Source: a virus
Length of the DNA: 64,000 nt
UHGV virus genome: UHGV-0018639
Reading direction: 5' to 3' (one strand)
The number at the start of each line of letters is the position of its first letter. Position 1 is the first letter of the stretch. Both the position numbers and the translations under genes were made by a program. The notes under the pieces were generated by a model. The model saw only the letters and a list, made by a program, of their open reading frames with translations, was not told the DNA's origin and searched no databases. Below, piece by piece: positions 47,300 to 55,689 of the stretch.

Positions 47300-48652
47300 A
47301 TGTCAATGGTTAAAGTAGGATTGCGTTTTCTTGATAAAAATAATGACATTGGTAATAAAACATATTGGTATATTGTAAAAGATAAAAAGGTTTGGGCGGA
47401 TTTAAATAAGGCCGCAATGATAAGCATTTCGACTCAAAATTCAACGGCATTTAAAATTACAAATGAGACTGGATACGGATATAGAGATGCTTGGGTTGTT
47501 TGGGTTGATATTGATACAATAAAAGAGGGCGATGAAAAAGAACTCGTTGCTATAAGTGAAATTAGAGGATATGATGAAACAAGACCCAGAAAGAAGGTTT
47601 CTTTTCCTGTTTGGGGGATTTGTAGAACAAATAGACCTGAGTGTTATGATAATTGTTTTTCCGAGCCTGTGTCGTATAACTTTGATGCCTCTTTAAATGA
47701 TTCTGCTATAAGTAATGGTACATTTTATCTTAATACTCCTGACAGTTATAAACCGCTCAAGGTTTCATTTGATGGTTCAATGTCTAATACGACAAACACT
47801 TGCGAGTCAGAGAATTCCAAACTTCAATCTGTTTTTGCCAGCTCTAATACTACTTGTACACTAACTAATACTCTCACGACGTCTAATCTTGAAGACTTGA
47901 AAAATTTGATTTATAAAGAAAATTCATCTATAATAAATATACAAAATAAAAAGGAGAAAAATGAAATGAATATGAAAATTTTTGATACCCAGTTTGGTAA
48001 AGTTGATGATGTAGCAATGTCCATTTATGGCGCAACCTTCAAGACCGTTGGCACTGATGGTCTTGCGCGTTCTATCGCATATGATCCAAATACTCAGGAG
48101 TATATTGACGTCCCCAATGAGATGATTATCGCAAAAGGCTCTTATTGCTATGCTATGCCTTGCACTGCTGATAATCTTCATATTGGCGAGTATATTCGTC
48201 ATAATGGCGCATGGGCACGTGTAATTGATGTTGATGATGCCGCGCGCATCGTTGTTGAAAAGATTGCTACTCGTGAGGTTGCAACCATTCTTCCCGTGCG
48301 TTCTATTTTTGGCTATTCGTTTTACACTAAGCTTATTACGCCGTTTCAGAGTGGCTTTATGACGGCTGACGCAGAACATCCTTTCGGCAATATTCTTCCA
48401 CTTCTTATGATGGGTGATGGTAAGATGGATGAAATGCTTCCGCTAATGTTTATGATGGGTCAGGGTAGTACCGCTCAGTTTGATATGTCAAACCCTATGA
48501 TGCTTATGATGTTTATGGGTGATAAGACTGATAAGGACTCTGATATGTTCAAGATGATGATGATGGCTTCTCTGTTTAATCAGGTGAAGTCCAAGTCTGA
48601 CGCACATTTTTGTGAGTGTGATTGCTGTGATACAGAAAGGAAGTCTTACTAA
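47300..48652 (+). CDS. hypothetical protein with Met-rich C-terminal tail (possibly two fused modules)
   Basis: Continuous 450-aa ORF. N-terminal ~215 aa is AT-rich and Asn/Ser/Thr-rich. An internal strong RBS aaaaggagaaaaatgaaatgaatatg at ~47948 precedes a compositionally different second half. The second half ends in MMGDGKMDEMLPLMFMMGQ...MMLMMFMGD...FKMMMMASLF. Confidence 0.4.
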   Translation: MSMVKVGLRFLDKNNDIGNKTYWYIVKDKKVWADLNKAAMISISTQNSTAFKITNETGYGYRDAWVVWVDIDTIKEGDEKELVAISEIRGYDETRPRKKVSFPVWGICRTNRPECYDNCFSEPVSYNFDASLNDSAISNGTFYLNTPDSYKPLKVSFDGSMSNTTNTCESENSKLQSVFASSNTTCTLTNTLTTSNLEDLKNLIYKENSSIINIQNKKEKNEMNMKIFDTQFGKVDDVAMSIYGATFKTVGTDGLARSIAYDPNTQEYIDVPNEMIIAKGSYCYAMPCTADNLHIGEYIRHNGAWARVIDVDDAARIVVEKIATREVATILPVRSIFGYSFYTKLITPFQSGFMTADAEHPFGNILPLLMMGDGKMDEMLPLMFMMGQGSTAQFDMSNPMMLMMFMGDKTDKDSDMFKMMMMASLFNQVKSKSDAHFCECDCCDTERKSY

Positions 48653-49122
48653 TGGATAGCCGTATTCAGTATTCAGTTGACTATGAAAATGGGGTTGTAC
48701 TTGCTCGGTTCAATCCCGATGAAATAATGGACGATCTTCTCAAGGAAACAATGTATCTTTCAAATAAGATGAATAATATAAATTTCCGCTGGAATAAGAT
48801 TTTTGAATTATTTGAAAAGTTTCGCAAGGATAATAAGACGTCTCTTGATAATCTATGTAGCAAGGCTAAGTGCAATATGGATGCCGGTGATAAGTTTGAC
48901 CTTGAGGTCGGTAAAGGGCTTGCGAGGCGTAGGCTTCTCGTCAAGGTAGCATCACTGCGCGCACGTTGGTTTTGGACACTTGAAATGGCAATGATGGATA
49001 ACCTGTTCCGTCTGATGGATAGATATTGTCATCATCAGCAAATTGCTTGCGACTATGATGAGGAACTTGTCAATTATACTCTGTCCGGTGAGTTTTGCTC
49101 TGACCACGAACCGAAGTTCTGA
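48652..49122 (+). CDS. hypothetical protein
   Basis: Start overlaps the previous stop (TAATGG). Confidence 0.35.
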   Translation: MDSRIQYSVDYENGVVLARFNPDEIMDDLLKETMYLSNKMNNINFRWNKIFELFEKFRKDNKTSLDNLCSKAKCNMDAGDKFDLEVGKGLARRRLLVKVASLRARWFWTLEMAMMDNLFRLMDRYCHHQQIACDYDEELVNYTLSGEFCSDHEPKF

Positions 49123-49136
49123 AAGGAGTGAGTGCT

Positions 49137-49676
49137 ATGCGAATTGCAAAGAACTTAGATAATTATGACTATACGAATCGACTGAAAATCCGTAACCTTG
49201 ATAATACTGATATGCTTGATTTCAATTGCGGCGGAGCTGCTTTGATGACGTTCGATGGATTCGTTCCTGACCATGAGCGTGATTCGTATGAAGAAGGCAT
49301 TGACGACGATATTGAAATGGGGCTTGAGTCTTGGGAAGTCATTGACAGACTTCTTTGGCGCGATGTTGATGAAATGCTGCATCTTTTTGCAGGTCGTCTT
49401 CGACTGGCTGACGCGGGAGAACAGCCGCAAGAAAATGAACGTCTTATCGCATATCGCGTAGCACTCTCTTATGAAGAAGATGATGGTTGTGGCACGCTGA
49501 TTGATACTGACTTTCACTTTAAGTATATGGATAGTGATGGGCAGTGGTATCAAAAAAGAGGTTTCTTCAACCCGATTGAGAAGTGTGATTTGTCTGCTGA
49601 TTCAATTTGGGAATGTGGGCCTTTGTGCCCGCCTTATACATCAGATATTGTGTTTATGATGCTTACGAAAATTTGA
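49137..49676 (+). CDS. hypothetical protein
   Basis: RBS gaaaggagtg upstream of MRIAKNL. Confidence 0.35.
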   Translation: MRIAKNLDNYDYTNRLKIRNLDNTDMLDFNCGGAALMTFDGFVPDHERDSYEEGIDDDIEMGLESWEVIDRLLWRDVDEMLHLFAGRLRLADAGEQPQENERLIAYRVALSYEEDDGCGTLIDTDFHFKYMDSDGQWYQKRGFFNPIEKCDLSADSIWECGPLCPPYTSDIVFMMLTKI

Positions 49677-49701
49677 TTTTCTTTCAGATTTTTTATATAA
49701 T
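49673..49701 (+). promoter_or_regulatory. sigma70-like promoter (conserved phage motif)
   Basis: aaaaTTTGATTttctttcagatttttTATATAATatatata followed by gaaagttgaga. Confidence 0.55.
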
Positions 49702-49726
49702 ATATATAGAAAGTTGAGAGAGGAGC

Positions 49727-50026
49727 TTGAAAATGGCTAATCGTATAACCCCTGAACAAATAAAACAAATCAATTTAGCTTATCTTTCGTGCCATACATA
49801 TAATGGCGCGGCAAAAGCAGCGGGTGTTAGCCCGTCAACAGCAAAGAAATATATCGATCCAAATTTTCAAGCTCCGGATACGAATATTGTAGCTAAAGTA
49901 GTAGAGCCGCTACCTATGAATACAATCAATCCGTTTGTGTGCGCGAGTGAAATTTTTGAAGCAACTCAGTTATCTGACGCAGAAAAATCTGAAATGCCAT
50001 TGTTTTGGAAGGAGATTTTGATATGA
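49727..50026 (+). CDS. hypothetical protein
   Basis: RBS gagagaggagc upstream. Confidence 0.35.
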   Translation: MKMANRITPEQIKQINLAYLSCHTYNGAAKAAGVSPSTAKKYIDPNFQAPDTNIVAKVVEPLPMNTINPFVCASEIFEATQLSDAEKSEMPLFWKEILI

Positions 50027-50304
50027 AAACTTGGTTTATGTATCGAGAGAATCCAGATGGGAAATTTACAATAGTTCCTATTTATAAAAACTTTGGTGAA
50101 GATTGGAAAATAATGGGATCTTGGGCGGTGCTTCCCGCACGGCTGTTTGGATTGAGTTGGGCCGATTATCTGCGTTATTGCAGACAGTGCGGCGCCGATG
50201 TGCGAGGTAAGGCGCACCAGTATCCTATTATTGCGTGGGATAAGAAGAATGATGAGTTCTTGAATGAGTTGAATAAGCGCGCGAATGAGTTGATTAAAAT
50301 TTGA
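50023..50304 (+). CDS. hypothetical protein
   Basis: RBS ggaaggag upstream of MKTWFMY. Confidence 0.35.
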   Translation: MKTWFMYRENPDGKFTIVPIYKNFGEDWKIMGSWAVLPARLFGLSWADYLRYCRQCGADVRGKAHQYPIIAWDKKNDEFLNELNKRANELIKI

Positions 50305-50329
50305 TTTTGGCTGAAATTTTTTGTATAAT
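50301..50329 (+). promoter_or_regulatory. sigma70-like promoter driving tRNA-Leu
   Basis: TTGATTttggctgaaattttttgTATAAT. The tRNA starts ~20 nt downstream. Confidence 0.55.
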
Positions 50330-50348
50330 ATATACAGAAAGTTGAAAT

Positions 50349-50434
50349 GCGGGACTGGTGTAATTGGTAGCCACATTTGATTTAAGCTCAAATGGCCTTT
50401 GGTCGTAAGGGTTCGAGTCCCTTGTCCCGCACCA
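50349..50434 (+). tRNA. tRNA-Leu(UAA), type II
   Basis: Acceptor gcgggac/gtcccgc. Anticodon arm tttga-tttaagc-tcaaa. Long variable arm. 3' CCA encoded. Confidence 0.7.
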
Positions 50435-50501
50435 ATTGCCGTTTTCAGTGGCGGCTTAGAAACAGTTCTCAAAGAAGTATCAAAAAGAAAGGAGAAAATG
50501 A

Positions 50502-51404
50502 ATGTCATTTTTCGTAAGAACAGTAACTGATCGGTATGGGGATACAAATACTTATCCTCGTTGGGGCAGAATAGTGGGGTGCGCTATAGGGGCACTACTT
50601 GTTCTAATTATAATTCTCTCTTGTTTTACTAAAGTTCCTACTGGCAATACTGGTATTGTCACTACATTTGGTAAGGTTGAGAATTATACATTGGATTCAG
50701 GCTTTCATCTAAAAGCTCCGTGGCAGAAGATAGTTAAGATGGATAATCGAGTACAGAAGCAGAGTATTGATTTGATGTGTTTCTCTTCTGATATTCAGGA
50801 AGTCTCTATGACTTATACAATTAACTTCCAGATTAGTAAGAGCGATGCAATGACGATTTATTCTACCATCGGCACTCATTATTATGAAACCGTTATTATG
50901 CCTTGTATTACCGAGTCAGTTAAGACAGTTTGTGCACGATATACCGCAGAAGAGCTAGTGGGCATGAGAAGTGAACTTGCTTCAGCAATAGAGGAAGATC
51001 TTTCTGAGAAATTAATTAATTACAACATAGAGCTTGTTTCTACTTCTGTTGAGAACATGGATTTCACTGATGTCTTTACTGATGCTGTTGAAGCAAAGCA
51101 GGTTGCAGCACAGAATAAGCTCACCGCACAGACTCGTGCTGAGCAGGAAGTTATTGAAGCCGAAGCAGCGGCTAAGGTTCAGGTAATTCAGGCACAGGCT
51201 GATGCAGATGCAATGGTGGCTAAGGCTCAGGCCGAAGCAGAAGCGACTCGAATTCGTGCAGAAGCCGAAGCAGAAGCCAACGCGAAGGTTGCCGCGTCTC
51301 TAACAAATGCGCTAATTGATTATACTTATGCACAGCATTGGGATGGTAAGTATCCTACCTATTATGGTGGTAATGGTACGACTCCTGTTATCGATCTTAG
51401 ATAA
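50502..51404 (+). CDS. SPFH/band-7 (prohibitin/HflC-like) membrane protein
   Basis: N-terminal TM. VPTGNTGIVTTFGKV..GFHLKAPWQKIVKMDNRVQ SPFH core. Ala/Glu-rich coiled-coil tail. Confidence 0.65.
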   Translation: MSFFVRTVTDRYGDTNTYPRWGRIVGCAIGALLVLIIILSCFTKVPTGNTGIVTTFGKVENYTLDSGFHLKAPWQKIVKMDNRVQKQSIDLMCFSSDIQEVSMTYTINFQISKSDAMTIYSTIGTHYYETVIMPCITESVKTVCARYTAEELVGMRSELASAIEEDLSEKLINYNIELVSTSVENMDFTDVFTDAVEAKQVAAQNKLTAQTRAEQEVIEAEAAAKVQVIQAQADADAMVAKAQAEAEATRIRAEAEAEANAKVAASLTNALIDYTYAQHWDGKYPTYYGGNGTTPVIDLR

Positions 51405-51643
51405 ATAAATGAGCTGGCATCTCAATAAACTGCCATTAATATGGGTCAGTAGCGAATCGGCAAACGCAACGGGCTGTAAACCCGTCTCCTTCGGGAATAA
51501 TTGGATCGACACCAATCTGACTCACCAAGACGCAGCGGGTGTTAGATTTTCTACTGGGGAATACTGTGTCTAATATAGAGAAAATCATTTTTGTGAAATT
51601 CAAGTATATTCTAGCTAAATATACCGTAAAAGCCGGATTATAT

Positions 51644-51719
51644 GCCCAGATAGCTCAGTTGGTAGAGCAGGGGACTGAAAATTCCCGTGTCGCTGGTCCA
51701 ATTCCAGCTCTGGGCACCA
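51644..51719 (+). tRNA. tRNA-Phe(GAA)
   Basis: gcccaga acceptor. D-arm gctcagttggtagagc. Anticodon loop ctGAAaa. T-arm gctggtccaattccagc. CCA encoded. Confidence 0.8.
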
Positions 51720-51891
51720 TTTTGGGATTGTTTACTGCTTCTTGTTCCCTTGATCGTGAAAATGCATGAGTAGCGATTAAAAAACATCTAAGCGGCGTGC
51801 ATCGTTGGCCATCTGAGGGCTGCGTTAAGGCTTAAAAGGCCACAATCGATTGGGGTTGGTAAACCTCCTGCGGGGAAGCTTCCATTATTAT

Positions 51892-51974
51892 GGGCAAGTG
51901 GTGGAACTGGTAGACACAACAGTCTTAGACGCTGTCGCTTCGGTATAGGGGTTCGAGTCCCCTCCTGCCCACCA
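51892..51974 (+). tRNA. tRNA-Leu(UAG), type II
   Basis: Anticodon arm acagt-ctTAGac-gctgt. Long variable arm. T-arm ggggttcgagtcccc. One A-C mismatch in the acceptor stem. Confidence 0.6.
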
Positions 51975-52094
51975 TAAGTCTCCAAGAGGATGGATTTCGG
52001 CTAAACTACCACCGGCGCACAATGTGTGATATGTGGCTTTGTCATTTGTGGAGACTATAATAAATAAAAACGAAAGTAAGCCGACTTTTGAAAT

Positions 52095-52178
52095 GCAGGA
52101 TTGGTGGAATTGGCAGACACGGTGGATTCAAGTCCCACTGCTTTTAGCATAAGAGTTCAAGTCTCTTATCCTGCACCA
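52095..52178 (+). tRNA. type II tRNA, probably tRNA-Leu(CAA)
   Basis: Acceptor gcaggat/atcctgc. Leu-like D-arm tggtggaattggcagacac. Anticodon loop ttCAAgt with one mismatch closing the stem. Long variable arm. Confidence 0.55.
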
Positions 52179-52307
52179 TTGGTGGTCACTAGGGTTGTAT
52201 TCTTCTCAAGCCAAGTGAGTAGTGTTGATGAAACGAAATAGATGGTAAACAAATAATTGAGATTAAGTATGCAACCCGTTGTATTATTTTAATGAAAGGA
52301 GATAAAA

Positions 52308-52892
52308 ATGTCAGCAAATTTTTATATTAGCGATATCCATTTTGGGCATAAAAATATAATAAAATTTGATCATCGTCCTTTTAGTAGTGTTGATGAAATG
52401 AACAGCATACTTATTGCAAATTGGAATGATATAGTTGGTCACAATGATAATATCTACGTTCTTGGTGATTTTTGCTGGGGTAAATCTGATGAGTGGATTG
52501 ATATTCTGTCTCAACTCAAAGGTAATAAGTATCTCATTGCTGGTAATCACGACTTGCGTAATCCTCCTTCAGATGTGCGGCGTTTCTTTCAGGATTGGCG
52601 CGACTACAAAGAAATTTTTGACAATGGCCGCAAGGTTATAATGTGCCATTATCCAATTCCGTTCTATAAGTCAGACTATAATTCAGATACTTATATGTTG
52701 TTTGGTCATTTGCACACAACATTTGAGAATGGGTATATTGAGGATTTGCGCGAACGGATAGAGCACGATCCATATGAGCGTTCAGCAAAAAATCTTTGCC
52801 AGTTTTATAACGTTGGTTGTATGATGCCTTGGATGGAATACAAGCCGCACACGTTGGATGAGATTGTTGAGGGGTTTGGTAAATATCACTAA
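52308..52892 (+). CDS. calcineurin-like metallophosphoesterase
   Basis: DIHFGH, LGDFCWG, GNHDL, CHYP..GHLH motifs. RBS aaaggagat. Confidence 0.7.
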   Translation: MSANFYISDIHFGHKNIIKFDHRPFSSVDEMNSILIANWNDIVGHNDNIYVLGDFCWGKSDEWIDILSQLKGNKYLIAGNHDLRNPPSDVRRFFQDWRDYKEIFDNGRKVIMCHYPIPFYKSDYNSDTYMLFGHLHTTFENGYIEDLRERIEHDPYERSAKNLCQFYNVGCMMPWMEYKPHTLDEIVEGFGKYH

Positions 52893-52902
52893 ACCCACAT
52901 AT

Positions 52903-52991
52903 GCGGGATGAACTCAGACGGCTCTGAGACCGGTCTTGAAAACCGTGGGCAGGTGAAAGCTTGTGGGGATCGACACCTCCGTCCCGCGCCA
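52903..52991 (+). tRNA. atypical type II tRNA-Ser(UGA) with 8/4-like acceptor/T-stem and 6-bp D-stem (allo-tRNA/tRNA-Sec-like architecture)
   Basis: Anticodon arm ccggt-cttgaaa-accg is nearly identical to E. coli tRNA-Ser(UGA). The 5' gcgggatg pairs with cgtcccgc (8 bp). D-arm ctcaga-cggc-tctgag is a 6-bp stem with a 4-nt loop. The variable arm is 20 nt. T-stem gggg/cctc is 4 bp with T-loop atcgaca. Ends gCCA. Confidence 0.6.
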
Positions 52992-53087
52992 GTATGCGGA
53001 GTCAACCAGTAAGGTGCTGGACTCGCCTGCTAAGCGATGTGTAGCTATTCGGCTATTTGGTTCGTGTCCAAGGCTCCGCGCCAATAT

Positions 53088-53163
53088 GTGTCCTTAGTCC
53101 AATCGGTAGAACAACAGACTGTTAATCTGTAGGGTATAGGTTCAAATCCTATAGGACACGCCA
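53088..53163 (+). tRNA. tRNA-Asn(GUU)
   Basis: Acceptor gtgtcct/aggacac. Anticodon arm acaga-ctGTTaa-tctgt. T-arm ataggttcaaatcctat. CCA encoded. Confidence 0.75.
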
Positions 53164-53166
53164 TAT

Positions 53167-53243
53167 GCGCCATTAGCTCAGTTGGTAGTAGCACTTGATT
53201 TTTAATCAAGGAGTCCGCGGTTCAAGTCCGCGATGGCGCACCA
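53167..53243 (+). tRNA. tRNA-Lys(UUU)
   Basis: Acceptor gcgccat/atggcgc. Anticodon arm cttga-ttTTTaa-tcaag. T-arm cgcggttcaagtccgcg. CCA encoded. Confidence 0.75.
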
Positions 53244-53264
53244 TAATTTTTGGAGGAAGTAAAA

Positions 53265-54385
53265 TGAAATTAACAGAAAAGGGGGTTGCCGCGTTTGCCG
53301 CAGCGTTAGAGCACTGCCCCAATGAATCTTTTTCAGCGGCCAGCCTTTCAGCAAAGTGCGGCGCCTCTATTTCTGCAGCTACACTCAATGGTATTGTCAA
53401 TCAGGGACTTATGACTCGACTTGGTGGTTCGCCTGTCAAGTTTGAATTAGTGCCTAACGCGAAAGACTTGTATAGCAAGGCGCGCGAAGATAAGCCAGCC
53501 AACGAAAATCTTCGTAAAGCACAGGCCGCGAAAAATGATGAGTTTTATACTCGGTATCAGGATATCGAAAAAGAAGTCTTACAGTATGACTTGCGTGGCA
53601 AAAAGATTCTGTGCAATTGCAATGATGGGTTAGATAGTGAATTTACAAATTTCTTTATGGCAAATTTTGAAGCACTTGGACTCGCCGAAGTCGTTTGTCT
53701 GAGTTATGAGAAAGAAAAGCTTGCTTTCAAAACGGTTAGGCGCACACCCACAAAGCCCGATATAAAAGTTGAAGTAGCACGGATTCCCCTTAAAGGAAAC
53801 GGGGCTTTTGATTCATGCGAAGGTCGAGAAGCTTTAGCGGCCTGTGATGTTGTTATCACTAATCCGCCGTTCAGTCGGTTTCGTGAATTTGTCAATTTGA
53901 TTTTGTCTTACAAGAAAGACTTTTTGATAATTGGCAGTAAAAACGCTATTACTTATAAAGAGTTCTTTCCTCTTCTAATGAATGGCAAAGTTCATATTGG
54001 CAATTATAATGTTTCTACTTTTAAACAGCCCGATGATACTGAGAAGAGATTTGGAAACATTGGTTGGTTTACGACCCTTCCTGTCGCAAAGGCCACACAG
54101 CCAATTCCTTTAACAGCAACCTACGATTCCGTCAATTATCCTGCCTATGATAATTTTCATGCAATCGAGGTAAGCCGCACAGCTAACATTCCAAAAGATT
54201 ATGATGGTGTGATGGGCGTTCCTATTTCATTCCTTGATAAGTTTTGTCCTACTCAATTTAAAATTGTTGGATGGAGCAGACATAATGATGAAGGAATGGA
54301 CGGCGGATATTGGACGGGCGGTTGTGCAGATGCTACTATAAATGGTAAACGAGTTTATCGTAGAATTTTGATTCAGAAAATTTGA
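53265..54385 (+). CDS. N6-adenine DNA methyltransferase
   Basis: Catalytic motif IV DVVITNPPFS. AdoMet-binding-like ILCNCNDG. RBS ggaggaag upstream of MKLTEKG. The ORF-track start at 53195 lies inside tRNA-Lys and was rejected. Confidence 0.6.
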
Positions 54386-54410
54386 TTTTTATCAAAATTT
54401 TCGATATAAT
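54382..54410 (+). promoter_or_regulatory. sigma70-like promoter (conserved phage motif)
   Basis: aaaaTTTGATTtttatcaaaattttcgaTATAATatatatagaaagttgagag. Confidence 0.55.
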
Positions 54411-54553
54411 ATATATAGAAAGTTGAGAGAAATGGTTCTAACAAGCCAGCGTGCGCGCGAGTAAAAGTTGTTAGTAAGCGGTTGGCATACGTGATAAGCC
54501 ATTGCCCCAGCGAGAAGATTTAATAAATCTTCTTTGTTGGCGGTGTTCAATTT

Positions 54554-54627
54554 CGGGGATGTGGTGTAATGGTAGCACACTTGATTTGGGGTCAAGAAGA
54601 GTGGTTCAAATCCAACATTTCCGGCCA
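54554..54627 (+). tRNA. tRNA-Pro(UGG)
   Basis: Anticodon arm cttga-ttTGGgg-tcaag. Acceptor cggggat/atttccg with two G-U pairs. Imperfect T-stem. CCA encoded. Confidence 0.55.
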
Positions 54628-54634
54628 TAAAAAT

Positions 54635-54721
54635 GCTGAGTTCCCATAGTGGTCGATTGGAGCGGTTTTGTAAGCCGCAGACTTCGTGTCCGCATCAGTT
54701 CGAATCTGATACTCAGCTCCA
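54635..54721 (+). tRNA. 87-nt tRNA with long variable arm and UGU (Thr-type) anticodon in the 7-nt loop register
   Basis: Perfect acceptor gctgagt/actcagc. Perfect T-arm atcag-ttcgaat-ctgat. Anticodon arm gcggt-ttTGTaa-gccgc, which needs a U-G closing pair; GUA lies one nt 3'. 15-nt variable region agacttcgtgtccgc. CCA encoded. Confidence 0.55.
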
Positions 54722-54725
54722 CTAT

Positions 54726-54801
54726 AAGAGAGTAGCCCAATAGGTAAGGCAGCAGTCTCCAAAACTGAAGATTAAAGGTTCAATTCCTTTCTCTCTTGCC
54801 A
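54726..54801 (+). tRNA. tRNA-Trp(CCA)
   Basis: Acceptor aagagag/ctctctt. Anticodon loop ctCCAaa. T-arm aaaggttcaattccttt. CCA encoded. Confidence 0.65.
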
Positions 54802-54843
54802 ACAATTTCATTTTTTCATTTTTCAAATTTCCTTTCTTAAAAT

Positions 54844-54872
54844 TTGACTTTTTCAAAAAATCTTGATATAAT
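54844..54872 (+). promoter_or_regulatory. sigma70-like promoter driving the large noncoding region and tRNA-Met
   Basis: aaaaTTTGACTttttcaaaaaatcttgaTATAATatatac. Perfect -35 and -10 boxes with a 17-nt spacer. Confidence 0.6.
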
Positions 54873-54896
54873 ATATACATAAGATAAAGAAAAGAA

Positions 54897-55616
54897 AAAG
54901 TCAAAAGGAGGACGATGCTAGTGCCACCTACACGTGGTATCCTCTGTTTTCGCTAAGAGCGCTGGCATATATTCAATTAAATAATACTAACTCAGTGAAG
55001 ACGGAATTCGATGTTCCGGCTGAGAAATTCTAGCTAGCACAGCAGAAACGAAACAAGGATACTTGTGGATACTGGACTGGGAGGCCATCGAGAGATGAGC
55101 CGAAGTAGAGCGGTTGCTCAAGTGGGAAGAAGAGCAGGAATTGTGCTGAGTGAATCGCAAGTAAACGCAGCCGTGGAGTGGCGGGCGCAATAGATAGCTT
55201 GGTGAATAGCCAAGCCGAATCCAAGTTAGGTTTTAGTTGGTGACTGTGACAATCCTTGGAAAAGCCAATAAGCTCGTTCCGTTGAGACGACAGGGAATGT
55301 GAAATCTGTCTTTGACACTCTACAGTATCCGAGTAGCGGAACACAACGGGGACTTTAGATTAAAAAGATGTTGACAGTAATAGAAATTACTACTTTCTGA
55401 ACATCCCGTGAAAGGTAGAGGTAATCAATCCTCTGGCGGATTAGGCGACATTAGACACTTGGGGTTATCCAAGACTAACAAGTCAATGTTGTTGCTGGGG
55501 TAAGAAGTGTATGGGCGACGGCCTGTATGCTCAGACTTATCTCCCGCGTGGCAGAATATGCTTGAAGGTTTATCGAGGTAGGGCGAAGGCCCAGTAATAT
55601 TTAGTTGGATTTATAT
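54897..55616 (+). ncRNA. candidate large structured noncoding RNA (about 720 nt) co-transcribed with tRNA-Met
   Basis: No credible ORF. GC content is locally elevated with many local hairpins. Strong consensus promoter upstream. tRNA and terminator immediately downstream. Context matches that reported for GOLLD/ROOL-class large phage ncRNAs. Confidence 0.35.
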
Positions 55617-55689
55617 GGCAGGAAGAGAAGGTTCTCCGTTTGGCCTCATAAGCCAGACTTCGTAGGTTCGATTCCTACTCCTGCAACCA
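55617..55689 (+). tRNA. tRNA-Met(CAU) (possibly initiator-like; alternatively a lysidine tRNA-Ile2)
   Basis: Anticodon arm tttggc-ctCATaa-gccaga. T-arm gtaggttcgattcctac. Acceptor ggcagga/tcctgca with a 1:72 G-A mismatch. CCA encoded. Confidence 0.6.

Noticed and set aside
51539-51985. ORFs 51539-51769 (+) and 51788-51985 (-)
   Set aside because: They overlap tRNA-Phe and tRNA-Leu and have no RBS, so they are spurious.
52903-52991. tRNA-Sec (selenocysteine) call, because of the 8-bp acceptor and 6-bp/4-nt D-arm
   Set aside because: The anticodon is UGA (reads the UCA serine codon), not UCA. No selA/selB/SECIS context is present. Kept as an atypical tRNA-Ser.
53195-53264. ORF-track start of the methyltransferase at 53195
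   Set aside because: That Met lies inside tRNA-Lys. A proper RBS (ggaggaag) precedes the Met at 53265.
54987-55344. Small ORFs (60-104 aa) inside the 54897-55616 region
   Set aside because: No RBS, Cys/Ser/Leu-rich low-complexity translations, both strands. More consistent with chance ORFs in a GC-richer structured RNA.
54900-55689. tmRNA (ssrA-like) interpretation of the long noncoding region, based on the tRNA-like T-arm/acceptor/CCA 3' end
   Set aside because: The 3' end folds as a complete 73-nt tRNA with a bona fide anticodon arm (CAU), so it is a tRNA gene. No 5' acceptor partner or tag-peptide reading frame with resume-codon context was found upstream.
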